This document shows positions 34,897-48,500 of a stretch of DNA of 64,000 nucleotides, in pieces. Where the stretch lies: contig NC_057758.1 in assembly GCF_004010195.1 (NCBI RefSeq), forward strand, positions 4,632,852 through 4,696,851, read 5' to 3'. Below the pieces are notes generated by a model. That model was not told where the DNA came from, ran no database searches, and saw nothing but the letters and a program-made list of their open reading frames with translations. This DNA comes from Chiloscyllium plagiosum. Lineage: Eukaryota. Each line of letters opens with the position of its first letter. Position 1 is the stretch's first letter. The position numbers were made by a program, and so were the translations under genes.

Positions 34897-36190
34897 CTCC
34901 CCCAGTGTTACGCTCACTCTCCTACACACTCCACCACGGTCACCCTCAATCTTCTACATACTCCTACACTGTCATGGTCTCCCTCCTACCCATTCCCCAC
35001 CGTCAAGTTCACTCTCCAACACACTCCACCACAGTCACCCTCAATCTTCTACATACTCGTACACTGTCATGCTCACCCTCCTACACACTCCCACATCGTC
35101 ATGAACACTGTCCTGCATACTCCCACACCTTCACACGATCACTCTGTCACACACTTCCAGAAAGTCACAATCACTCTCCTACACACAGCCATACCATCAC
35201 CCTCACTCTCCTACACTCTTGTACACCCTTTCGCTCACTCCCCCGCGCACACCCCCACTGTCACGCACTCCCACTCCGTCACTCTCACTCTTCTAATCAC
35301 TCCCACACTATTACGCTCACTCTCCTACACACACCCACACTGTCACTTTCCCTCTCCTACAGTCTGCCAAACCGTCACCCTCAATCTCCAACACACTCCA
35401 ACACTGTTCTGCTCACTCTCCTACACTAAACCCACCATCACGTTCACTCTTCTACACACTCTGACACCGTCACACTCGTTCTCCCACATCCTCCCACACC
35501 ATCATACTCAGTCTACTGCGCACTCCAAAACTGTCACTCTCCAACACGCCCCCACCATCACACTCACTCATTTGCACAACTCCCTACCGTCACGCTTACT
35601 GTCTTACATTCTCACACACCATCACGCTGACTCTCCTACATACTCTCACACCGTCACACTCACTCTCGAACACACTCCCACACCATCACGCTCACTCTCG
35701 TATATACTCTCACACCGTCACACTCACTCTCGAACACACTCCCACACCATCACGCTCACTCTCCTATATACTCTCACACCGTCACACTCACTCTCGAACA
35801 CACTCCCACACTATCATGCTCACTCTCCTACACACTCCCACACTGTCAAGCTCACAGTCCTACTCACTGCAACACTGTCAGCCTCACTCTCCTGCACACC
35901 GTCACGCTGACTCTCCTAAACACACGCCACTATCGCGCTCACTCTTTTACACACTCCGACATCATCACACTCTTTCCTTCACACACTTCCACACCATCAC
36001 GGTCACTCTGCTTCACACTCCAACACCGTCGCCCTCACTGTCCTTCACAAGCCCCCACCATCACACTCACTCATCTACACACTTCCCCACCGTCACGCTT
36101 ACTCTTCTGCACACTCCATCACCAACACGCTCACTTTCTACCCTCTCCCCCACCGTCACGATCACTCTCCTACACACGTCCCCACAGTCA
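34897..36190 (-). repeat. 32-bp satellite, inverted (C/A-rich on + strand) block
   Basis: Units ACACTCCCACACCGTCACGCTCACTCTCCTAC, the reverse complement of the downstream array. Confidence 0.95.
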
Positions 36191-39100
36191 GGTGCATGAG
36201 AGTGTGGGTGACGGTGTGGGAGTGTGTAAAAGAGTGAGAGTGTCGGTGTAGAAGTGTGTGAAGGAACGGGTGTGATGATATCGGAGTGTGTAAAAGAGTG
36301 AGCGCGAAGGTGGCGTGTGTGGATGAGCATGATGGTGTGGGAGTGTGTAGGAGAGTGAGCATGACAGTGCGGGAGTGTGGAGGCGATTAAGGTTGAGGAT
36401 GTGAGAGAGTGCAGGAGAAGGCAGCGTAAAGGTGTGTGAGTGTGTAGGAGAGTGAGCATGATGGTATGGGAGTGTGTAGGAGAGCGTGCGTGATGGCCTG
36501 GTAGTGTGTAGGAGAGTGAGAGTGACTGAGGGGAGTATGTAAGATAGTGAGCGTGATGGCGTGGGACAGTGTCGGAGAGCTTTTGTGATAGTGTTGGAGT
36601 GAGTAGGGGAGTGAGCGTGGCGATGTGTGAATGTGTAGGGGAGTTTGTTTTGACGGTTTGGGAGATTGCTGGGGAGTGAGTGCGATGGTGTAGGAATATG
36701 AGTGAGAGTGAGTGTGACGGTTGGGGAGTGCGCAGGGGAGTGAATGTGATTATGTAGGAGTGTGTAGGAGAGTGAGTGTGACGGTGTGTGAGTGTGTAGC
36801 AGAAGGAACATGATCGTGTGCGAGTGTGTAGGAGAGAGAGCATGACAGTGCGGGAGTGTGTAGGTGAGGGAGCGTGACGTTGTGGGATTGTGCACGAGAG
36901 GGCGCATGACGATGAGGGCGTTTGAAAGAGGGTGACCGTGACGGTGGGGAGTCTGAAGGAGAGTGCGCGTGATGGTGTGGACTTGTGTAGGTGAGTAACT
37001 GTGACCATGTGGGTGTGTGAAGGAGAGTGAACGTGACTGTGTGGGAGTGCATAGGAGAGCGAGTATGATGGTGTGGGAGTGTACAGGTGAGTGAGCGTGA
37101 CAGTGTTGGAGTGTGTAGGAGAGTGAGCTTGACAGTGCAGGAGTGTGTAGGAGATTGAGCGTAACGGTTTGGCAGACTGTAGGAGAGGGACCATGACGGT
37201 GTGGGAGTGTGTCGGAAAGTGAACGTGGAGGTGTGGAGGTGTGTAGGAGTGGAAGCGTGAAAGGGTGGGGGTGTGTAGTAGATTGAGGTGAGAGTGTGAC
37301 AGAGTGCAGGCGAGGGCGTGTGCCGGTGTGGGAGTGTCTAGGAGAGGCAGCGTGACGGTGTTCAGAGTTTAGCAGAGTGAGCGTGGTGGCGTGGCAGAGT
37401 GTAGGAGATTGAGCATGATGGTGGGATTTGTGTAAGATGGTGAGTGCGGCGGTGGGGTGTGTGTTGGAGAGTGAGTGTGATGGTGTGCGAGTGTGCAGGA
37501 GAGTGAGCATGATGGTGTTGGAATGTGTTGGATAGTGAGCGCGACAGTGTGGCAGTATGTCGGAGGGTGAGCATGACTGTGTGGGAGTGCGTAGGAGAAT
37601 GCGTGTGACGCTGTGGGAGTGTGTAGCAGAAGGAGCGTGTCGGTGTGCCAGTGTGTAGGAGAGTGAGCATGACAGTGAGGGCGTCTGTCGTGAGTGAGCG
37701 TGTTGGAGATGGAGTGTGTAGGATAGTGAGCGTGACGTTAGGGAAAGTTGTAGGAGAGGCAGTGTGACTGTGTGGGAGTGTATAGGAGAATGAGCGTGAT
37801 GGAGTGGGAGTGCGCACGAGAGTGCGTGTGACAGTGGGGGCGTGTGAAGGAGTGTAATCATGACGGTGGGGGCGTCTGTAGTGAGTTAAAGTGTTGGAGG
37901 TGGTTTGTGTCGGATAATGTGTGATGGTGGGGAAGTGTATATTTGTATGAGTGTGACGGTGGGGGAGTGTGAAGGAGAGTAAGGGTGACGGTATGGTGAG
38001 TGCACAGCAGATTGAGCGAGATGGTGTGGGAGTGTGTGGGGGAAAGAGTGTGACCACGTGGGAGTGTGAAGGAGAGCGAACATGATGGTGTGGGAGTGTG
38101 GAGGAGAGTGAGCATGACAGTGTGTGAGTGTGTAGGAGAGTGAGGATGGCGGTGTTGGAGTGAGTGGGCATGTGAGCATCACAGTGTGAAAGTGTTTGGG
38201 AGATTGAGGGTAACGGTTTGGCGAGGGAGCGAGAAAGGTGTGCCTGTATGTCGGAGAGTGAGCGTGACGGTGTGCGAATATGTAATAGAGTGAGTGCACA
38301 GCACAGTGTGCGAGATGGTGTTGGAGTGTGAAGGAGAGTGAGCTTGTTGATGTGTGAGCAAGCAGTGGTGTGAGTGTGACTGTGTGGGTGGTGTAGGAGA
38401 GTGAGCATGATAGCGTGGGAGTGGGTAAGAGAGTGAGTGTGACGGTGGGTATTGTGAAATAGAGTTAGCGTGTTGATGCAGGAGTGTGTAGGAGAGTGAG
38501 TGTGACGGTGTGGATGTGTGCAGGTGAGTGAGTGCGACGGTGTGGGAGTGTGAAGGAGAGTGACCGTGACGGTGTGGGAGTGCCTAGGAGAGTGAGCATG
38601 ACAGTGCAGGAGTGTGTAGGTGAGTGAGCGTGACGGTGTGGGAGTGTGCATGACATGGCGCGTGACGGTGAGGGCGTGTGAAGCAGAGTGTAGGAGTGAG
38701 ACTGTGACGGTGTGGGAGTGTGTAAGAGAGTGAACGTGATGGTGTGGGAGTGTTTAGGAGAATGAGCGTGACGGTGTGGGAGTGTGCACGAGAGTGTGTG
38801 TGACGGTGGGGGCGTGTGAAGGAGAGTAATCGAGACCTTGGGGGCGTCTGTAGTGACTGGAAGTATTGGAGGTGGAATGCCCAGAATAGTGAGCGTGACA
38901 GTGGGGAAGTATATAGGTGATTTAGTGTGATTGTGGGGGCGTGTGAAGCAGAGTGAGGGTGATGGTGTGGTGAGTGCACAGCAGAGTGGGCGTGATGGTG
39001 TGGGAGTGTGCAGAGGAGAGAGTGTGACCATGTGGAAGTGTGAAGGAGAACGAGCATGATGGTGTGGGGATGTGCAGGAGACAGGGTCTGACGGTGTGTG

Positions 39101-42100
39101 AGTATGTAGAAGAGAGTGTGTGATGGTGTTGGAGTGTGAAGGAGAGTGAGCATGACTGTGTGTGAATGTGTAGGAGAGTGACGATGGTGTTGTTAGAGTG
39201 AGTAGGAGTGAGCATCACAGTGCGTGAGTGCGTGGGAGATTGTGGGTAATGGTTTCGCCGACTTTAGGAGAAGGAGCATGACGGTGTGGCTGTATGTAGG
39301 AGAGTGAGCGTGATGGTGTGCGAATATGTAGTAGAGTGAGTGTCACGGTGGGAAAATGTGAAAGAGAGAAGGGGTGACGGTGTAGGAGTGAACAGCATAG
39401 TGAGCGAGATTGTGTTGCAGTGTGTAATAGAGTGAGCGTGTTGGTGCAGGAGTGTGTCCGAGAGTGAGTGTGACGGTGTGGATGTGTGCAGGTGAGTGAG
39501 TTTGATGGTGTGGGAGTGTGTAGGAGAGTGAGCATGATAGCGTGGGAATGTGTAGGAGAGTTCGTCTGACGGTGTGGGAGTGTGTCGGAGAGTGAGCGTG
39601 ACGGTGTGGAAGTGTGTAGGTGAGTAAGTGTGATGGCGTGGAAGAGTGTAGGAGAGTGGGTGTCATAGTGTGGGGGCAGTAGGAGAGTGAGTGTGACGAT
39701 GTGGCTATGTGTAGGAGAGTGCGTTTGTGGGATTAGGAGTCAATGAAGGAATGAAAATGATGGTGGGAGAATGTACGGGGAAGTGAGCGTGATGGTGAAG
39801 GAGTGTGTGTGGATAATGACTGGGACATTGGGGGAGTGTGCGGGGGAGTGAGCGTGAAGATGTAGGAGTGTGTTGGAGAGTGAGGGTGATGGTGTGGCAG
39901 TGTGTAGGTGAGGTAGTGTGACTTTGTAGAAGTGTGAAGAAGAGTGCTCGTGACGGTGTTGGAGTGTGCAGGAGAGTGAGCATGACCGTGCAGGAGTGTT
40001 TGAGGATTGAGCGTGACGGTGGTGGAAGTGTGTATGAGAGTGAGCATGACTGTGGGAGCGTGTGAAGGAGAGTGATCATGACGGTTTGAGAATTTGCAGC
40101 AGGATAAGCACGACGGTGTGGGACTGTGTAGGAGAGTGACTGTGACGGTGCGGGAGAGCGTAGGACATTGAGGGTAACAATTTCGCAGAATGTAGGAGAG
40201 GCAACGTGATGGTGTAGGAGTGTGCAGGGATGTGGGTGTGACGGTGTGGGATGTGTAGGAGGTAAGCATGACGGTCTTAGTGTGTGTAGGAGGTTAAGTG
40301 TGATGGTGGGGAAGGGAGTAGCTGAGTGAATGTGAGGTGGAGGCGTGTGAAGGAGAGTGTGCGTGATGGTGTGGGAGTGCGCACAAAGGTGAGCGTGATG
40401 GTGTGGGAGTGTGCGGGGGAGTGAGAGTGACCATGTGGGAGTGTGAAGGAGAGTAAGCGTGATGGTGTGGGATTGTGCGGGGGAGTGAATGTGACTGTAT
40501 GGGAGTGTGAAGCAGACTGAGTGTGATGGTGTGGGAGTGTGCGGGGGAGTGAATGTGATGGTCTCAGCGTGTGGTGGAGAGTGTGCGTGTCAGTTTTATA
40601 AGTGTGGATGAGAATGAGCGTGACGGTGGGGGAGTTTGTAGGAGAGTGAGGGTGACGGTAGGGTGGTGTTTAGGAGAGTGAGTGTGACGGACTGGGAGTG
40701 TGTATGTGTTTGATCTTGACGGTGGGGAAGAGAAGAAGAGTCAGTGAGTCAGAAGAGTTTGATGGTGTGTGCGAGTGTAGAAGAGTGAGCATCAAGGTGT
40801 GGGATTGTGTAGGAGCGTGAGCATGACAGTGTTGGTGTGTGTGGGAGAGTGAGAATGATGGATGGGAGAGCTTCGCAGAGTGAGCGTGACAGTGCCGAAG
40901 GGTGTAGGAGAGTGTAGGAGACTGAGCTTGATGGTGTGCGAGAGTGTAGGATAGTGACCGTGATGATGTGTGATTGCGAAGGAGAGTGAGAGTAACTGTC
41001 TGGGAGTGTGTATGATAGTGAGCGTGACTGTGGGGGAGTGTGTGGGAGAGTGACCATGAGGGTGTAGGAGAGTGAACGTGACAGTCTGTGAGTGCGTACG
41101 AGAGTGAGGGTGATGGCATGAGACAGTATGTGGAGCGTATGTAGAGTATGAGAGAGCGTTGTGAGAGTATGTAGGAGCGTGTGTGTGACAGTGTGAGTGT
41201 GCGAAAGCATGAGCGTGACGGCGTAGGAGAGTGCAGGTGAGGGAGCGTGATGGTTTGGGAGAGTGTCGGATCGTCAGCGTGACGGTGTGGGAGTGTGAGG
41301 AGGAGTGAGAGTGACAGTGTTGGAGTATATAGGAGCGTAAGCGTGACGGTGTGGGAGTTTGTAGGAGACTGAGTGTGACGGTGAGGGAGTCTGAAGGCAA
41401 GTGATGTGGTCGCAGTGGGAGTGCGCAACAGAGTAACCAATTGGTGTGGGATGAGGGTGCGGGAGAGTGAGCGTGACGGTGTGGGACTGAGTAAGAGAGT
41501 GTGCGAGACGGTGTGGCAGTTTGTAGGAGAGTGAGGCTGACGGTAGAGGTGTGTGTAGGAGCGTGAGCGTGACAGCGTGGGTGTGCATCGGAGAATGAGC
41601 GTGACGTTGTGGAAATTTGCAGGAGTGTGAGTGTGCTGGTCTGGGAATGTGTATGTGTGTGAGTTTGACGGCGGGGAATTGCATAGAAGAGTTAGTGTGA
41701 TGGTGTGGGAGAGTGTGGGAGAGTGAGCATGAAGGTGTTGGAGTGTATACGACATTGAAAATAGCAGTGGTGGTGTGTGTGGGAGAGTGAGATTGATGGC
41801 GTGGGAGAGGTTAGGAGAGCGAGCGTGACGGTGTGGAAAGTTGTAGGAGAGTGTAGGATAGTGAGCGTGATGGTGTGGGAGCGTGTACGGTAGTAGACGT
41901 GACGATGTGGGATTACGTAGAAGAGTGAGAGTGACTGTGTGGGAGAGGTTAGGAGAGTAAGCGTGACAGTGTGCAAGTTTGTAAGAGAGTGTATGTGACG
42001 GCGTGGGAGTGTGTAGGAGTGTGATTGTGGCAGTGTGGGTGTATGGGAGCATGTGTGTGATGGCGTAGGAGAGTGTAGGTGAGTGAGCGTGACGGTGTGG

Positions 42101-42200
42101 GAGTGTGTAGGTTAGTCTGCTTGACGGTGTGGGAGTGTGCGGGGTGTGAGTGTGACGGTGTGTGCTTGTCTACGAGTGTGAGCGTGATGGTGGGGGATTT

Positions 42201-42514
42201 TAGATTAGATTAGATTACATTACAGTGTGGAAACAGGCCCTTCGGCCCAACACGTCCACACCGACCCGCCGAAGCGCAACCCACCCATACCCCAACATTT
42301 ACCCCTTACCTAACACTACGGGCAATTTAGCATGGCCAATTCACCTGACCTGCACATCTTTAGACTGTGGGAGGAAACCGGAGTACCCGGGGACACGGGG
42401 AGAACGTGCAAACTCCACACAGTCAGTCGCCTGAGGCGGGAATTGAACCCGGGTCTCAGGCGCTGTGAGGCGCTGTGAGGCAGCAATGCTAACCACTGTG
42501 CCACCGTGCCGCCC
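42201..42514 (-). mobile_element. Full-length young HE1-type SINE inserted in the satellite
   Basis: Minus strand: GGGCGGCACGGTGGCACAGTGGTTAGCATTGCTGCC (A box) ... GGGTTCAATTCCCGCC (B box) ... GAAGGGCCTGTTTCCACACTGTAA plus (TCTAA)n. Confidence 0.95.
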
Positions 42515-45500
42515 ACGTTGTAGGAGAGCGTGACGGTGGGTGAGTTTGAAGGCAAGTGACAGTGTCGCTGTGAGAGTGCGCCACAGAGTTAGCATGATGG
42601 TGTTGATTGAGGGTGCGAGGGAGTGCGTGTGACGGTGTGGGAGTGTGTAGGAGAGTGAGCGTGACGTTGGGGTGTTTGTAAGAGCGTGAGCGTGGCAGTG
42701 TGGGTGTGCATCGGAGAGTGAGCGTGACGTTGTGAGAGTGCGCAGGAGAGTCAGTGTGATGGTGTGGGAGTGTGTAGGAGCGTAAGCATGACAGTGTTGC
42801 TGTGTGTGGAAAAAAAGTATGGCATGGGAGAGGTTAGCAGAGTAAGTGTAATGGTGTGGAAGGGTGTGGGAAAGTGTAGGAGACTGAGCGTGATGGTGTG
42901 TGACTGCGTAGGTTAGTGAGTGTGACTATGTGAGATTGTGTAGGAGACAGAGCACTACTTTGTTGGATTGTATATGATAGTGAGCGTGACGGTGTGGGAG
43001 TATGTGCGAGAGTGAACATGAGGGTGATGGAGTGGGAGAGGTTATGAAAGTGAGAGTGACAGGGTGGTTATGTGTGGGAGAGTGAGGGCGATGGTGTATG
43101 AGAGTGTAGGAGAGTGAGAGTGACAGTGTGTGTGTGTAAGACGGTGTGCGCGATGGTGTGGGAGTGTGTAGAAGCGTGAGCGTGGCAGTGTGGGTGTGTG
43201 TGGGAGCGTGAGTATGACGGCGTATGCGTGTGTAGGTGGGTGAGCATGACTGTGTGGGAGTGTGTAGGATAGTGAGAGTGACGGTGTAGGATTGTGTAGG
43301 AGAGTGAGTGTGATGGTTTTGGAGTGTGTACGAGAGTGATGGTGATGGTGTGGGAATGTCGAGAAGCGTTAGCGTGATGGTGGGGGACTGTGTAAGAGAA
43401 TGAGCTTGACGGGTGTATGTGTGTATGAGAGTGATCGTGACGGTGTGGGAGTGTGAAGGAGAGAGCCGTTGATGATGGTGCAGTGTGCATCAGAATGAGC
43501 ATGATGGTGTGTGAGTGTAAAGGAGAGTGATAGTGATGGTGTGGGAGCGTCTAGGAGCGTAACCGTGCTGCAGGGGGAGTGTGTAAGAGAGTGAGATTGG
43601 CAGTGGGAGAGTGTGTAGGAAAGTGAGCCTGACTGTGGAAGTGTGTAGGAGAGTCAGCGTGACGTTGTGGTAATATGCAGGAGAGTTCGTGTGACAGTGG
43701 GGGACTGTGAAGGAGAGTGCGGGTGACGATGGGGGAGTGTGAAGGACAGTGCGGGTGACGGTGGGGGAGTGTGTAGGAGAGTTAGTGTGACGGTGGGGGA
43801 GTGTGAAGGAGAGAGCGGTTGATGATGGTGCAATGTGCATCAGAGTGAGCATGATGGTGTGTGAATGTGAAGGAGAGTGATAGTGATGGTGTGGGAGCGT
43901 CTAGGAGCGTACTGGACGGGGAGTGTGTAAGAGAGTGAGATTGACAGTGGGAGAGTGTGTAGGAAAGTGAGCCTGACTGTGGAAGTGTGTAGGAGAGTCA
44001 GCGTGACGTTGTGGCAATATGTAGGAGAGTTCGTGTGACACTGTGGGACTGTGAAGGAGAGTGCATGTGACGGTAGGGTAGTGTGAAGGAGATTGCGGGA
44101 GAAGGTGTGGGAGTGCGCATCAGAATGAGCATGATGGTATGCGAGTTTGAAGTAGAGTGAGTGTGATCGTGTGGCTGTGTGCAGTGGTGTGAGTGTAACA
44201 GTGTGGGAGGGTTAGGTGAGTGAGCGTGAAGGTGTGGGAGTGTGCAGGAGTGTGAGTGCGACGGTCGCGCCATGTGTGGGAGAGTAAACGTGATGGCGGT
44301 GGAGGTTGTAGGAAAGTGAGCATGTTCGTGGTGAAGTGTGTAGGAGAGTGAGTGTGACGCTGGGGAAGTGTGTAGGTGAGTGAGTATGACAGTGGGTGCG
44401 TGTGCAGGAGAGTGAGGGTGACGAGCATGGAGTGTGCATGAGTGTGAGGTTGACAGTGTGGGTGTTTGTCCGAGAGTAAGCGTGACGTGCGAGTGTGTCG
44501 GAGAGTGAGTGTGACACTGTAGGAATGTGAAGGAGAGTAAGCGTGACGGTGGAGGAGAGTGTAGTGGAGTGAGTGTGGCGATTTAAGAGTGTGTTGGATT
44601 GTGAACATGACAGTGTGTGAGTGCGTTGGATAATGAGCGTGATGGCAATGGAGAGGTTAAGAGAGTGAGCATGACAGTGTGGGAGTGCGGAGGACAGTGT
44701 GCGTGATGGCGTGGGACTGGGTAGAAGCGTCAGCGTGACAGAGTGGGAGTGTGTGGGAGAGTGAGCATAACGGTGTAGGAGAATATCGCAGAGTGAGCGT
44801 GATGGTGTGGGAGTGTGCAGGATAGTGAAAATGACGGTGTGTGCGTATGTAAGAGAGTGAGCGTGACGGTGTGGGTGTGTGTAGGAGAGTGAGCATGAAG
44901 GTGTGCGAGTATGTAGAAGAGTGATGGTGACAGTATGGGAGGTTTTAGGATCATGAGTGCGACGGTGGGGTAGTGTGTAGGAGAGTGAGTGCGACGGTGT
45001 GGGAGTGTGTAACAGAGTGAGCATGACGTTGTGAGAGTGAGAAGGAGAGTAAGCGTGATGGTGGGGGCGTGTGTAGGAGAGTGAGCGTGACGATGTGGGT
45101 GTGTGTAAGAGAGTGAGCATGAAGGTGTGCGAGTTTGTAGAAGAGTGAGGGTGACGGTATGGGAGGTTTTAGGAGCGTGAGTGTGACGGTGGGGTAGTGT
45201 GCAGGATAGTGAGCGTGATGGTGTGTGCCTCCGTAGGAGAGTGAGTGCGACGGTGTGGAAGTGTGTAAGAGAGTAAGTGTGATCGTGTAGGAGTATGTAG
45301 GAAAGTGAATTCGATGGTGTAGCAGTGTGTAGGAGAATGAGTGTGACAATGTGGGAGTGTGTAGGAGATTCAGTTGAGAGTATGGCAGAGTGTAGGAGAG
45401 GGAGTGTGACGGTGTGTGCAGGAGAGTGAGTGTGATGGTGCAGCAGTGTACAGGAGAGGATGCATGACGGTGTGGCTAGTGTAGGAGAGTGAGCGTGATC

Positions 45501-48500
45501 GCGTGGGAGTGTATAGGAGCGTGAGCATGACTTTGGGGGAGAGTATGTATAATGGTGATGGCTTGGGAGAGTGTAGGAGAGTGAGTGTGATACTATGCGG
45601 GTGTGTAGGAGAGAGTGTGTGACGTTGAGGGAATGTGCAGCAGAGTGAGTTCGATGGATTGGGAGTGTGCGGGGGAGTGACCATGAAGGTGGGGAATGTG
45701 CGGGGGAGGGGGCAGAATGATGCAGGAGTGTGTAGGTGAGTAAGAATGACGGTGGGCGAGTGTGTTGGAGACTGATCGTAACACAGTGGGAGTGTGTAGG
45801 AGAGTGAGCATGACGGTGGGGGATTGTGTAGGAAGATGAGCGTGCCGGTGGGAGACTGTGTAGTTGTGTGAGCGTGACGGCGTGTGAATGTGTACTCGAG
45901 TTTGCTTGAAGGTGTGGGAGTGTGTAGGAGAGGAAGTGATAAAGAGTGGGAGCGTGTGGGAGTATCAAGGAGTGTACGCATGATGGTTTGGGAGTTTGTA
46001 GGAGAGTGAGCATGACGGTGTAGGAGGGTGTAGGAGAGTGAGCCTGATGGTGGGGAAGTGTGTAGGAGCATGAGCGTGACAGTGTGGGCGTGTCTGGGAG
46101 AGTGAGCGTGACAGTGTAGGAGTGTGAGTATGATGGTGTGGGAGTGTGTAGGAGAGTAAGTGTGACTTTGTGGGAGGGTGTAGGAGAGTGAGCGTGACGG
46201 TGTGGGAGTGTGGAGGAGAGCAAGCATTACGGTGTGGGGAGTGTGCAGTGGAGTGAGTGTGACGATTTGGCGGTGTTATCGGAGAGTGTGGCTGACTGTG
46301 TGGCATTGTGGAGGAGATTAAGCGCAACGGTGTGGGAGTGTGTAGGAGAGTGAGACTGACGGTGTGGGGGTGTGTAGGTGAGTGTGCGTGAATGTGTGGG
46401 AGTGTTTGTGACAGTGAGGGTGACGATGTGGGTGTGTAGGAGCGTGAGCATGACAGTGTGGGAGTGTGCAGGAGAGCATTCGTGACGGTGAAGGACTGTG
46501 CAGAGGAGTGAGCGATACGGTTTTCGTGTGTGTCGGAGAGTGTGCGTGACAGTGCTGGAATGTGTAGGAGATTAAGCGCGATGGTGTGGGAGTGTGTAGG
46601 AAACTGAGCGTGACGTATTGGGAGTGTGTAGGAGTGTGTGTGTAATGGGGTGGGAGTGTGTAAGAGAGTGAATGTGACAGTATGGCAGTGTGTAGGAGAG
46701 TAAGTGTGACTTTGTGGGAGTGTAGGAGAGTGTGCGTGAATGTGTGGGAGTGTTTGTGACAGTGAGGGTGACGGTGTGGGTGAGTAGGAGAGTGAACGTG
46801 ACAGTGGGGGAGTGTGTAGGTGGGCGAGTGTGCCGGTGGTCGAGTGTATGGGAGAGTGAGTGTAACGGTGTGGGGGGGTGTCGGAGAGTGGGCGTGTCGG
46901 TGTGAGTTTGCAGAGCAGAGTGATCATGATGGGAGGGGAGTGTGAGGGAGAATGTGTGTGAAGGTGTGGGAGTGTTTGAGGCAGTGCGGGTGATGGTGTG
47001 GGTGTATGCAGGAGAGTGAGCATAACAATGAGGGAGTGTGCGTGTTACTTTGTGGAACTGAGGAAGAGAGTGAATGTGACGTTGTGGGAGTATGTTGGAC
47101 AGTTGGGAGTGTGAAAGAGCGTCAGCGGTACAATGTGAGAGTGTGTAAGAGAGTGAGCGTGACGCTGTGGGCGTGCATAGGAGAGTGTGCGTGACGTAGT
47201 GGCAGTGTGTAAGAGAGTATGTGTGATGGTGTAGGAGTGCGTTGGAGAGTGTGCGTGACGGTGTCAGAGTTTGGAAGGGCGTGAGCATGACGATGTGGGA
47301 GAGTGTAGGAAAGTGAGCGTGACGGTGTAGGACTGTGTGAGGAGTGAGTATGATGTTGTCTGAGTGTGTAGGAGAGTGAGAGTGATGGTGTGGGAGTGTG
47401 CAGGAGGGTGTATGAGAGTGAAATTGAAGGTATCGGAGTGCGTCGAAGAGTGAGCCTGATGGTGTGGGAGTGTGTGGGAGCGTGAAGGTGAGAGTGTGGG
47501 TGTGGGGGGGAGAGTGAGCGCGATCGTGCAAGAGTGTGTAATAGAGTCAGCGTGACGCTGTGACTGTGAGTAGGAGAGTGTGCGCGACATTGTCGTAGTG
47601 TGTAAGACAGTGAGCATGACGATGTGGGAGTGTGTGTGGAGTGACTGTGATGTTGTCTGAGTGTGTAGGAGAGTGAGAGTGACGGTGTGGGAGTGTGCAG
47701 GAGAGTGTATGAGAGTGAGAATGACGGTGTGGGAGTGCGTCGAAGAGTCAGCCTGGTGGTGTGGGAGCGTGAAGGTGAGAGTGTGGGTGTGTGGGGGAGA
47801 GTGAGTGCGATGGTGCAGGAGTGTGTAATAGAGTGAGTGTGACACTGTGACCATGTGTAAGAGAGTGTGCGTGACATTGTCGCAGTGTGTAAGACATTGA
47901 GTGTGACAATGTGGGAATGTGTGAGGAGTGAGTGTGGTGTTGTGTGAGTGTATTGGAGAGTGAGAGTGAGGGTGTGGCAGTGTGCAGGAGAGTGAGCGTG
48001 ATGCAGGGGAAGTGTGTAGGAGAGTGCGTGTGATGGTGGGGGCTTGTGAATGACAGGGAAGGCGACGGTGTGCGGGAGGGCAGCAGAGTGATCATCAAGT
48101 GGCAAAAGCGTGCGGGGAAGTGAGATTGAGGGGGTGAGAGTGTGAGGGAGAATGAGCCTGATGGTGTGGGACTGTGTAGGAGAGGGAGAGTGCTGATGTG
48201 GGAGGGTGTCGAAGCGTGAGAGTGACAGTGTGTTTGTCTGTGGGAGGGTGAGTGTGACAGTGTGTTTGTCTGTGGGAGAGTGAGTGTGACGGCGTGGGAG
48301 TGTGTACGAGAGTAAGTGTGACTTTGTGGGAGAGTGCAGGGGAGTGAATGGGACGGTGTGGGAGTGGGCAACAGAGTGATCTTCATCGGGCAGGAGTGTG
48401 CGGGGGAGTGAGATTGATGGAGTGGGAGTGTGAAGGAGAATGAGCGTGATGGCTGGGACTGTGCAGGAGAGTGAGCATGACGATTTGGGAGTACATAGAG

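Noticed and set aside
34260..35910. ORFs spanning N runs (also 54669-56439 and 62834-63777)
   Set aside because: Their length is inflated by assembly gaps.
36180..36200. Telomere fusion site at the satellite inversion
   Set aside because: No TTAGGG arrays, and the polarity (C-rich then G-rich) is opposite to an end-to-end telomere fusion.
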